Below are positions 38,301 through 50,100 of a stretch of DNA of 64,000 nucleotides, in pieces; the first letter of the stretch is position 1, and the number at the start of each line of letters is the position of its first letter. The notes beneath the pieces were generated by a model, which was given only the letters and a program-made list of their open reading frames with translations, made no database searches and was not told where the DNA came from. Made by a program: the position numbers and the translations under genes. Source of the stretch: Lytechinus pictus (lineage: Eukaryota); contig NC_087246.1 of the NCBI RefSeq assembly GCF_037042905.1, positions 620,001 through 684,000 of the forward strand, given 5' to 3'.

Positions 38301-41040
38301 AATGAATCTAATTTAATTGAACTGATATTAAGTGAGATCATACTCAAAAGATGTGATGGGATGGCTATCAGGGACTTGATTCTAAACCTTAGTCAGTATT
38401 GCTCATACAGTGAACCCATAATTTCAACACTTAAATGTAATGACATTTTGTATATAGCTAACTCTGACAGATGTCAAAATTAAAAAAAAAATCGATTCTA
38501 TTTCCAACATAAAATAAAATACAAATTCATTCACTCCAATATTGGTCCTGCAATATGTTGCTATGGTTACAGAGGACGGTGTTTGGAAAAATTTGGAGTG
38601 TCGGAAATTTTCACTTTCTTCCCTCCGACCTACGGACCTTCTATCTGTTATCATGTCTCACATTTTTACTCTACTATATTGGGAATTCAAAAGACAATAA
38701 CAAATACCGACAACGTAATAATGATCACCACCACCAACATCATCAACATCATCAGCATTCATCATCACCACCACCACATCAAGCATCACATTATCATCTC
38801 CACTACTTTCGTGACCGTGATCAACAGCATCATCGTCATCACAACCATCTCCAACAATATCATCGTCATCATTTCATCATCATCATCATCATCACCACCA
38901 CCACCACCACCACAGCCATGGCGTAATTTCCTTCAGCAAGAAATGTATCTACATTGTGCTGCCCTCGACCCAGGTGAGGTGAATAGGTACCCGGCAGGAT
39001 CAATTCCTTGAATGCATGAGCGCTGAAAGGTAGCTCGAGATAAAGCCGGGGTAATAATAATAATAACAACGCGCCTCGGAATAGAATATTTCTTTAAAGC
39101 TGGCTCTATATAAATGCTTATTATTAATAATATTATCATTAACACAAACACCACCACCAACATGTCCATTATCGCTATTATTAATACGCATTATCGTCAC
39201 CACCATCGGTATCACTACCCAGTGGCGTAACAGGCGGGGGGGGGGGGCAGGGGGGGCAAGCTGCCCCCCCCCCTGGCGGAGCTCACCGGGAAAATAAAAA
39301 AAACGGTAGAAAGAAAAAAAAGGGGGGAAGAAAGGGAAAGGGAAAGGTAAGAAAAAAGGGAAAGGGGAAAGGAAAAGGGAAAAGAAAACTAAGAAAAGAC
39401 ATAAAAAAGGGAAAACGGAAAGATATCGGGAAAAGGAAAGAAAAAAAACAAGTGAGAAAGAACAATTCGGCCCGATATACAAATACATTAGCATGATTAG
39501 TAAGACAGGGAAATAAATTAAATATGACAAAAAGGCAAACAAAAGCGGGAAATAAAGGCAGAATGGAATTAGCCAAAATCTAAATTGGAAAATAAAGAAT
39601 AGGTACAAGATGACGTACACTACCGGGCTGCCGAGGATTGAGATAACGAGCGGGAAGAAAAATGAATGGTATATAGCATAATGTCGTATATGAAAGTCTA
39701 TCATAAACTTGCTAAATCTCCAAAGGCTCTGTCCAAGAGTCAAGACCCCGTGCAGTGGGGGCTCTTCATCTGTAACCTTTAATGGGTTCTATAACGGGCC
39801 CCTATATGGACCCTTCCTGCATTAAGCTTTACGTTGAAGCACTGGCGTACCGGGGGGTGGTTCCACAGCCAAGGGGAAATAAAAGAAAATAAAGGAGGCA
39901 GCGAAATGAGATGAATGAAAAAAAATATATGACATGATATTTGCTATAATGATGTAAAAATCTATCACATAATTAGAATTTCATTTTAACAGGCCATTTT
40001 TTTTTCTGGCTCGCTTCGCTCGCTCGCGAATTTTTACAAATTTTTCCACATTTGCTATGGTGTGCCCCTCACAATATTTGGATGATAACGATACACAACT
40101 GCATTGAATTTGTGTTGTGTTAAAGCTTTATAGGAGGAGGAGCCGTGGTGTAGTGGTTCTGACTCTCGCCTTGTAAACAGAGGGTCGTGTGTTCGAATCC
40201 CACCGCGGTCTGGCGTCCTTTGGCAAGGCGTTAATCCACACTTTGCCACTCTCGACCCAGGTGCTAAATGGGTACCCGGTAGGATGTGAAAGTCATTGTA
40301 TAGCTTGTCCAGTACTGTGTGCGCCTCACAGGCGACTGACTGGAATACTCCCCAGGGAGTGGAGGATGTGCACACATTGTGTGTGGGAATGACTGATTGA
40401 ATCCGATGACCGGGGTAATAATATATCTGTAAAGCGCTTAGACACGTCGTTCCGATGTATTAAGCGCTATATAAAAAGCGGATTATTATTATATTATTAT
40501 AAATATACGCGCAATTCGATCAAAATAAGTGGCCATCTGTAAGGTTTAAAATGGCTTTGATATCAAGAGGTTCCGGGGCTCTGCCCTGGACCCCACCCAT
40601 AAAGCACTGTTATATGGATGAGTTTGGACCATGGCCCCCAAAAGTTCTACAACCAAAAAAAAAATGAGGCAAGAAAGGAAAAAAGGAAAGTGTTTTATAT
40701 TTTTCTGAATATCACGTTAAAATCTATCTTCATGTTAGATTCTCATGAAAAGGTGATTTTTTTTTATCTCGCTCGCTTCGCTCGCTCGGGACCTATATTA
40801 AGCTACTTCTTGCCAGAAGCGCAATACTCAGCCCCCTCGAGCATATAGAGCTTCGCCCTGATGCTCACAATCATAACAAAAATCCTGTTCACCGTGGCGT
40901 ACAAAAAAGAGAGAAAAAAAGGAAAGAGAGGAGGGTGAAATATGATATCATCTTTTTAACATTATGTCAAAATCTATCACAAAATTGGATTTTTGCAAAA
41001 AAAATGTCAAAAATTTTTGCTCGCTCGCTTCGCTCGCTCG

Positions 41041-41100
<60 letters not shown>

Positions 41101-41756
41101 CCCGATACGCCATATCGCCCCCTCAAAATTTTTGCCTTAGGACGCCATTGCCTGTTTCATGATATGACCAGGAAATTTGTGGCTCTTGCGCCCCCCCCCC
41201 CTGGCCACCGACCCCTGTTACGCCGCTATCACTACCTCTACCATAATAGTTGAATCAGTAGTAGACGAGGAATTTAGAGGAAGAAGGAGAAGATGGTGGA
41301 AGAGGGAGAGAAAGAAGAAGAAAAGAAGAAGAAAAAGAAGAAGAATTAAGAATAATTAATTAAGAAGAAAATAAAAAGAATTTGAAAAATAAGAAAAGAA
41401 GGAGAAGGAGAGGAGAGGAGACAAAAAAAGAAGGAAGAGGAGGGGGAAGAGAAGAAAAAAATAAGGTGATAGTAATGTATTTTTTTTAATAACTGATTCA
41501 AACCAGAGAAGGATGTATCATCGATTTACCCCCAAGCTCATCCCTTGTACTGACAATATATTTTTGTTTCCACACAGGTCGTCGTGCATGCCCAGGCGAG
41601 CAGTTATCTCGCACAGAGCTCTTTATCTTATTTTCTCACGTCTTCCACCGTTTCGTCATCGAACTCGACGACGACGTCCCAAGGACCATGGATGGGACGA
41701 CTGGTCTGACAGTAAACCCATTACCTTTTAAAATACGAGCCACTCAGAGACGATGA
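35394..41756 (+). CDS. Cytochrome P450, clan 2 (CYP2-like), 4 exons, about 530 aa
   Basis: Exons 35394-35832, 36558-37063, 37816-38284, 41578-41756; phases match; total 1593 nt. N-terminal membrane anchor, LPPGPRGLPIIGNL hinge, WKDLR (WxxxR), I-helix IGGWQTT, ECYR (ExxR), FRPERF, and heme motif FGVG|RRACPG split by intron 3. Confidence 0.92.
38720..38915. repeat. (CAT/CAC)n degenerate microsatellite in CYP intron 3
   Basis: Direct reading. Confidence 0.9.
40139..40500 (+). mobile_element. Apparently full-length tRNA-derived SINE
   Basis: A box TGGTGTAGTGG, B box GTTCGAATC, core CTCGACCCAGGTGCTAAATGGGTACCCGG, 3' AAGCGCTATATAAA and an (ATT)n tail. Related core fragments at about 29400-29455, 38945-39125, 45825-45965 and 58725-58850. 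Confidence 0.85.
41044..41097. repeat. (TA)n microsatellite
   Basis: Direct reading. Confidence 0.95.
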
Positions 41757-41900
41757 ATCACCTGTACGAGCCTCTCAGAGACGATGAATCACCCGTACGA
41801 GCCTCTCAGAGACGATGAATCACCTGTACGAGCCTCTCAGAGACGATGAATCACCTGTACGAGCCTCTCAGAGACGACGAATGACCTGTACGAGCCACTC
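41734..41900 (+). repeat. 31-bp minisatellite (about 5.4 copies) overlapping the CYP stop codon
   Basis: Unit TACGAGCCTCTCAGAGACGATGAATCACCTG at 41734, 41765, 41796, 41827, 41858 and 41889 (partial). Confidence 0.95.
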
Positions 41901-41916
41901 ACACAGGATGAGTGAG

Positions 41917-42444
41917 CATGAGTGAGCAAAAACAATTTGAAAAAAAGGAAACCAAAAAGTCACTTGGTGGGCGGTATCTGAGTTTCAAAAAGAAAATCAC
42001 ATTTTTAAAAAGTTCAATATCTTCTCTTTATTTTGATACCTCAATTACAGAAAACAGTCAAGAAATAACAAAGTTCTATTTATTTAAAATAAGGCTTTAA
42101 TTCCAATAATTTCACGAAGTGAAGAGGTTTTACAGGATAGCTTTTAGACTTACTCGACACTCCGTTTTGTTGACGATCAGCCACGCAGAAAGAGAGCAGA
42201 TATTGAACTTTTTAGGCATGTGATTTTCTTTTTTAAATTTTGATACCCCCCGCCAAATGACTTTTTGCTATCTTTTATTAAAATTGTTTTTACTCACTCA
42301 TGTGTGGATGAAAAGTCTTGTATGTTATATCAGCTGAAAGAAGGCATTCTAAGCTTTACAATGATCAGATGATAGGGAATTTGTCTATTGTAATTGTGAT
42401 TAAGTTATGATCGCTAAACCTCGGTTTTTTTGTGGGACGCACTG
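41917..42444. mobile_element. Truncated Tc1/mariner-like non-autonomous element with an internal inverted repeat of about 110 bp
   Basis: 41917-42027 is the inverted counterpart of about 42192-42302. Right end TTTTTTGTGGGACGCACTG|TA. Confidence 0.6.
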
Positions 42445-42563
42445 TATAGCCAGCTTCATACTCCTCGCAACTTTATAGAATTTGTCCCCATACGCCATGT
42501 CTGGTTCCCTCATATAGTATCGTTTGTCTCATTGCGCTATTGCACAGTAATATAGGATATTAA

Positions 42564-43155
42564 AGGTCAAGTCCACTCAAGGAAAATGCTGACTTGAATA
42601 AATACAGAAAAATCAAACTAGCATAGTGCTGAAAATTTCATCAAAATCGGATGTAAAATAAGAAAGTTATGACATTTTAAAGTTTCGCTTATTTTTCACA
42701 AAACAGTGATATGCACAACTAGGTGAGTCAGTCGATGATGTCCATCACTCACTATTTCTTTTGTTTTTTATTGTTTGAATTACACAATATTTCATTTTTT
42801 ATAGATTTGACATTAAGGACCAACTTGACTGAACCATATAGTATTAAACAATGCTAATTCCACATGTTCAGAGAGGAATTAATCGTTGTATCACTTGTCA
42901 ATGAGGAGAAAATTAGAATATTTCATATTTCCTATAATAAAATACAAAAGAAATAGTGAGTGGATGACGTCATAGTCTCCTCATTTTGCATTTCAGCCAA
43001 GAACTGCATATAACTGTTTTGTGAAATTAAGCGATAATTTAAAATGTCATAACTTTCTTATTTTACATCCGATTTTGATGAAATTTTCAGTGTTATGCTT
43101 GTTGGATTGTTCTCTTTTTATTCAAATCAACTTTTTGTTGGGGTGGACTTGTCCT
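42564..43155. mobile_element. Kolobok-type MITE, copy 2
   Basis: TTAA|AGGTCAAGTCCAC ... GTGGACTTGTCCT|TTAA; homologous to 18259-18867. Confidence 0.9.
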
Positions 43156-44704
43156 TTAATAGCATTTGAACAAAGGTCGTCACATGATTTTTGTAGCAAC
43201 GTTCTTGAAGAAAAATATATATATGAAGGAGAACAGAAGCTGAAGAAGATGTATAGCAACTGATAGGAAGGAAGAGGGGTCGACGGCGACAAGAAAATTG
43301 GAGTGTTTAATATTAGGCAACCGTGTCAAAGTAACTGTTTGTGTCGCGTCTTCTAGCTACTAGAATTAGACACTATGCTATGGGTGTTTTCAAATCGGTT
43401 TCCCACGTTCTTCATCATAGTTTGTGAAATGTGAAGAATGAAATGAAAAGCCTCTGATGAGATTCATGCAGGAAAGACGCTGCTCTTATTTTGACGATAA
43501 GACTGATTTACGATGTTATACGCCATCTGTCGGTCACTTGATCGACATTAATGATTTTGATCATTGCTTGACTTGTATAATCAAGAGCAAAACTGCAATT
43601 CAATTCAGTTCAATTCATGGTTTATTACGTATAAAAAGCAAAAGTATTACAATTCAAATAGGTACATGAAAGAAGACGTTCAATAGATTATAAATACATT
43701 TTAAAGAGCAATTGTAAATAATAATCCATATAATTCATAAAATAAAATTGTCATTTTAAAATTGTCATTTTATTTGTCTTCGTGCTATATTTTTACCAGT
43801 GTTCCCAGTGCAATGTTATTTTGAAATTGTTGCCGTATTTATTTTCGTGCTATATTTAAACCAGTGTTCCCAGTGCACCGGTTGGTTTGGATGAGGGACC
43901 ATCAGATCACAGTCATCCCCGGCAGTGATCATATTTATTTTTAACTTTCCTAGTAGCTCATGTGAATGAATGCGCATGTGCGTGTGTGTTTTTGTAAATT
44001 TAGGTACTTGCCGTACTTTTGTAAGTTATTTCATTCTCCCCTTCCTCACTCTCTCTTCTCTAGGCTCTCCTATCCTGTCTCCACTTTCATCTTTTCGATA
44101 TACCTCCTAGCTCGACTAGGAGGTATATTTAGCATTTCATCTGGGCAAAACTTGAAACACTTCTAATATTCATCTCAAACTACTATTATATTTTTCTATT
44201 CGGAAGCTGATATGATTAATCATAAATTTGTATGTTATTCTATTAATGAAATTCACAGTATGTCGAATTTTGCTACATTTTGCCTTTCGTATAGTCATAA
44301 TAATATGTCTTCTTATAAATTTATGGATGTCTATCTGTGATTTTTTTGTGTATTATCATTTGGTTTATTTCGCTTTATTTCCAATCAATAATAATTATAG
44401 GTACACACCAGTGCCTAGTGTGTTGTACAATAATACAATATACTAAGTCACGGCATAAAATCCGTTTAATTTTATAAAAATGAACAAGCAAGCAAATGCA
44501 AACATGTCACTTTATAGCGTAACACATGGAAATAATATAAGTTATTTAAAATTCCTAGTATTATGTGTCGAATTAAAATATTCGTTACATTCAATTTAGG
44601 TACAATGCCTTGCAATATGATAGGCCCTGTAATCGGAAAGGGGTGTGTACGTGAGTGTGTGTTTGAGTGTGAGGGAGGGAGGGTGTGTGAGAGAGAGACA
44701 GACA

Positions 44705-46514
44705 CATAGGCGGATCCAGGGCCCCCCCCCCTATTGGCGGAGCAAAAAAAAAGAAGAAAAAAGGGGGAAAGAAAGAAAAAAAAGAAAAAAAGAAAAAGAA
44801 GGGGGAAACAAAAGAGGAAGAAAACGAGTGAATAAAATAAAATGAGGGGAAGACTTGGAAAATAATCGAGAAAATCTTTCATGTCACTAAATAAAATTTT
44901 CGCTCGCGCTCGCATTGCATTTTAGGTGATTTACATATGTTGTTCAATACGGAGTTTAAATATCAATTTGTAATATTATACAAAACATATTTCATCTCGG
45001 AAATCGAACTTTCATTATTTTGTGTGATTTACAAATTGATTTTTAAAATTAAAAGTGCTCTGTAAAAATGTTAGTTTTATGGTCTGAATATTAACGTTTT
45101 CTGCTCGCGCTGCGCGCTCGCAAATTTTGATTCATCAGGTACCTATTATTTTCGTGTATTCCATAAAGTTTTCAAAATATTTCTTTTTAGGTCTGATTGT
45201 CAAAACGTATCAGCTAGCGCTGCACGCTCGCATTTTGATTGGCGAGTTATGAATGTCTCAATATTGATTATACAACAAATTACTTAAAATCCCCTCTTCG
45301 TGACAGTGTATAAAAAAATAGGCTCGCAATTTGCGCTCGCATTACTGGTTAATAATATATTAACTGATGATGCATCCTAGTTATAATTAAAAAAGTGATT
45401 TAAATGTCCAGTTTTCAGGCCATCATATCATCAGATTTCGCGCCCTCAATAGGCATTAATGAATAAGATATTAATTTAATAATTGAATTGTCCCTTTGGT
45501 TTCATCTCGAGCTTAGCAAGAGGAATAGGAAGACAGTCTTCATTTTCATATGATGACATGTCCTAAGGACATTATCATTATCCAGTTTCAGATCACAATA
45601 TCAAAAATTTTCTGCTCGCGCTTTGTGCTCTCATTATTAATGTAGAAAGATCCCATATTAATCATTCTTTTCATGTTTTACAAAACATGAATCGAGTGTC
45701 CCGTTTTTAGGTCTTAATCTAGATTTAGAATAGAGTGTCCCGTTTTTAGATCTAAATCTAGATTTTTTCCGCTCGCGCTTCGCGCTCGCATCAATTGTTT
45801 AGTTATATATAGGTACCGTTTAGTTATAAATGGGTACCGGCAGGAAGTAATTCCTCAAAAAGCTGTGCGCACCAATATCGGTAGACTAGCTTAGCCGGGG
45901 TAATATAGGAGCGCCTTGAGCACCTAGCAAGGTGGATACGTGCGCTATACAAATCATATATTATTTATTATCCCTCATTCTAACCAACCGGTGCACTGGG
46001 AACACTGGTTTAAATATAGCACGAACATTTTTAACATTTCTACATAAAGAATGGAACATTTTAATCAATTTTTATAATCGTGGATAAAAAATTTCAGCTC
46101 GCGCTTCGCGCTCGCATTATCTGATTTTTAACATTATGTATCGTCTTCATGGCTATCTGCATGCAATCTTTAACAGGTACCTTTTCCATCAGTTTATGTC
46201 TGCTCGCGTTCGTAGTAATTATTGAGTTGCATACAAACCTTATTCAGGATAACAAACATTCCCAAGAATGTTCAAATTTTAAGAAAAAATATATAAGATT
46301 TCCAAAAAATGTAGCTCGCGCTCGCATTATATAAATAAGGATTATGATATTATATATTTATTTGATTAATAAGAATAAAGCTAAAAGGTGACTATTAGGA
46401 CTACCCCCTTCAAAGAAACAAAAAAATTCATCTTCGAGCGGCCGATCGGGGAAAATATGGCTGAAAAAAATCCGCCCCCCCCCCCCCTATTGGCGAAGGC
46501 TGGATCCGCCCCTG
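44705..46514. mobile_element. About 1.8-kb non-autonomous TIR element with recurring CTCGCGCTTCGCGCTCGCA motifs
   Basis: Ends CATAGGCGGATCCAG / CTGGATCCGCCCCTG, inserted in a GACA-rich site so the TSD length is ambiguous. Confidence 0.7.
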
Positions 46515-47148
46515 CAGACAGACAGTGAGTAGAGAGGGAAGACAAGTGGGGATCAGTGGATGGTATACGTCGATCATTGCGCAACTCAATGAGAAAAAGG
46601 TAAACAAAGGTGCACGTGATTTATACAAGGTCGCTCGCTCTTTCTATTGATTTTATTGTGTGTATTTTAGCACAGTACGCGCAAAGATAGAAACTGCAGA
46701 AAAGAATTACGGTAGAGTGACAACGGCTAGACTCAGCTACAATCATAGGGAAGTGACTGGCGAAGTTTTCATTTAGGCCCGCATTTAGGCTTCCACTTCA
46801 TCACCGAATTAAGTTAAATACTAGGACCACAACTTACAGTACACTAAACTAATTGAGCTAGATAGGCTGAAAGGTTCGTCGCAGCAGAATAAGTTAGTAG
46901 ACAACCAAAAAGTCATTCAAACAGCACACCTCGTCTGTCGTATCGGTTGAAATTGTTACAGTCATTCGATTTGCTTCTGCTCTGTTTTAACTTGGAGTCG
47001 GAGCTGATGCCGAGCTGATGGTATTTTAGGGGAAGTTTGGCCTGGTTTACTTGATGATGTACAAGTGGAAATCTCCATAGACCTTCACCAGAGCATGATA
47101 ATCAGATTTTTGTTGTGGTGATTAAAAAGGAAGAAAAGGCAAGCAACC

Positions 47149-50100
47149 ATGACTGAGATTTTAGATAATAATAACACTACGGGGCCGGGTGATGATGAGA
47201 TGACGGTGTTGAAGGTGTACGAGCTCGCAGCAGATGCCGGAAGAGAATGTCAACAGCTAATCGAACAGTTTGGGGAGGAGAGTGCTAGTAATGTCACACT
47301 CAAAATCATTTCAATCTTGGAACATTTGGAACTTCTTGTAAACGAGAAGACAGAACTTGAGAAACAAGTGAGCAGACTGAATGAAAAACTTGTTGTTTGC
47401 CAAAATGAATTGTCAAGAAGAACAGAGGAAACTGCTCATTTGCAGGCAGTGAGTATATAGATTAAATGTCCAGTAGTACATTTTTTATGGGACCCTTTCA
47501 TTTTGGTTGAAAGTGTCATTTTAAATATTTTTTAGTATAATTTTTGAATGATTATAACTAAATGGTTTTGTTTTGGGATTTTTTGAAATATCTATATCAG
47601 TTTTGTTTAATTTTGCTTCATTGATTCCTTCGTATTTCAAGTATAATATTCTACTGATGATGTGTTGAGAACTTGAAATGGATAATTGCAAAATATCTAA
47701 ACATCATAGTTGCAGGTGTGTGAGCTAAACACCAATTGCAGTACTTCTAATCAATTTTTAGTTCTTAATGAATTATTATTTTGCATTTTCCAATTTTCAT
47801 TTGATTGGCAGTCTGCTTCTTGCAACAGAAAACATGATTTGATAATTTTGATTTGATTTCATTAAAATTGATCTGCCAATTATAAATTTGATTTTCAATC
47901 ACAAATTTATTTCTGCCATATCCTTTCTTTAATTAATGGTCAAGTCCACCCCAGAAAATGTTGATTTGAATAAATAAAGAAAAATCAAACTAACATAACA
48001 CTGAAAATTTTATCAAAATCGGATTTAAAATAAGAAAGTTATGACATTTTAAACTTTCACCTACTTTTTTCACAGAACAGTGATATGCACAACTCAGTGA
48101 CATGCAAGTGAGACATTCGATGATGTCCCTCACTCACTATTTCTTTTTTTTTTTTTACTGTTTGAATTATACAATATTTTTTTCAGATTTGACAATAAGG
48201 ACCAAGTTTACTGAACCATATAGTATTAAACAATGCTATTAAATTCTGCATGTTCAGGGACAATTTAATCATTGTTTCACTTGACAATGATGAGGAAATA
48301 ATATATTCCATATGTCATATAATAAAGTAGAAAAGAAATAGTGAGTGGATGACATTCATCAGTCTCCTCATTTGCATACCGACCAGGATGTGCATATAAA
48401 TGTTTTGTGAAATTAAGCAAAACTTTAAAATGTCATAACTTTCTTATTTTACATCTGATTTTGATGAACTTTTCAGTGTAATGCTTGTTGGATTTTTTCT
48501 CTTTTTATTCAAATCAACTTTTTGTTGGGGTGGACTTGTCCTTTAATAATAGTAGTGATAATAATTCAGTTCTTGTATAGTGCATATCATATTACATACA
48601 TCTAACATCTACAGTATGAGATACCAAAACCTCTGTGTTCTGGTGGAACATGGTATCAATAGCAGCCTGATCAATAGACCGTGGAATCATGTTTGGGGTG
48701 TGTTTACATTCTTCTCCAAACCATGTTTCTTTCCTCAGGATTTACAAAAGATGGAGCAGAGGAATCTTGAAGATCTAGAGCAATGGAAGGAATTCCTGAA
48801 TAAGGCAAGGAGAGAAAACAAGGAACTGAAGAAGCAAGTTAATGAGAAGGAAGGCCAAGTCAAACAAGATAAAGGTAGAACACCCTTTACATATCCTATC
48901 ATTATCAATCATCATCCTCATTATCATCATCAACATCATCACCATCTACATCAACATCACCATCATCATAATCACCATCAACATCATCACCATCTACATC
49001 AACATCACCATCATCATAATCATCATCAACATCATCACCATCTACATCAACATCACCATCATCATAATCACCATCAACATCGTCACCATAATAATCGTTG
49101 TCATTACCATCATCATCATCATCACCAATTTACTGAGACAAACCAAACATTTAAAAAAGAGGAAAGTACTGAAAGTTGTTGAATATATGTTTTTCATTGT
49201 ATTTATGTATTTGGTCTGTAGGTGATAAAATCAAATTAGAAATCTGCATCTGGAACATAATTTATTGGCCTGAATCTTTTTACATAGTTACCTATCAGGA
49301 AGTTTGAGTTACATGTACCTGTTGAATTGACAAAGTACTTGGCATCACACCCAATCATATACATTGAATCCAGTATTGCCAAGGCTCAAATTTCTTTACA
49401 TGATTCAACCAAAATGATGTTAAGGTGAAGGTGCATTCATATTATTTAAATGTATTTGGGTTTGGGGAGGATAAAAGATATGGATTCAGACAGTTTTACA
49501 GAATTCATTAAGATTAGTTACATTTAGTTTGGTCATGGTATTTGAATAGATTTATTGGTTTGATTAAATATTGGGAAACATTAAAAACAAATTTGATTCT
49601 TAAGATAATGTGACCATTAACCAGCATCATTTTTAGTAAGGCTTAATTATCTACTTTAAAGCAAAATCATTCACCTTTATTTGATCATTACTCAGCTCTA
49701 ATCCTTGATTTTTTCTAGAATCATTGGTAGTTGGAAGATTTGATTTTCATTATCTAAAAACTGTAGATTTTTTTTTTATTTCATAGGAAGAAATTTTGGC
49801 AAAAACATATGTAGTTCTTATTAATTAATTTTAGACATATGTCATGCTTAATTTGATTGAGTAGGCCAGACTTACTACATAAATAATAACATGTATCTGT
49901 TATCAGAGGGAAATCCTGTGGATAGGAAATAAACACATCCTATGCCTAGTGCACATATTGACTCCAAAAGTTGGTATCAATGCATGATGTATACTGCTGT
50001 TATTACTCTGTTAAAATATGTTTCTTCCTCCACCTCTCCCTCCCTTATCCCCCTCCCCTCTCCCCCTCTCTCTCTCTCTCTTTCCCCTTCTCCATCCACT

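Larger units (their letters stand above)
39220..41228. mobile_element. About 2-kb composite hAT-type non-autonomous element in CYP intron 3
   Basis: TCACTACC|CAGTGGCGTAACAGG ... CCTGTTACGCCGCTA|TCACTACC (perfect 8-bp TSD). Contains a purine tract, GCTCGCTTCGCTCGC motifs, a SINE and (AT)n. Confidence 0.8.

Noticed and set aside
38555..39743. His-rich and Phe-rich ORFs, including the 247-aa minus-strand ORF
   Set aside because: They derive from (CAT)n and purine-tract low-complexity sequence within CYP intron 3 and a MITE.
40139..40211. tRNA gene
   Set aside because: It has A and B boxes but imperfect stems, and continues into a SINE core and (ATT)n tail. It is a SINE head.
41734..41900. CRISPR-like array of 31-bp repeats
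   Set aside because: The units are contiguous with no unique spacers, there are no cas genes, and the context is eukaryotic. It is a minisatellite.
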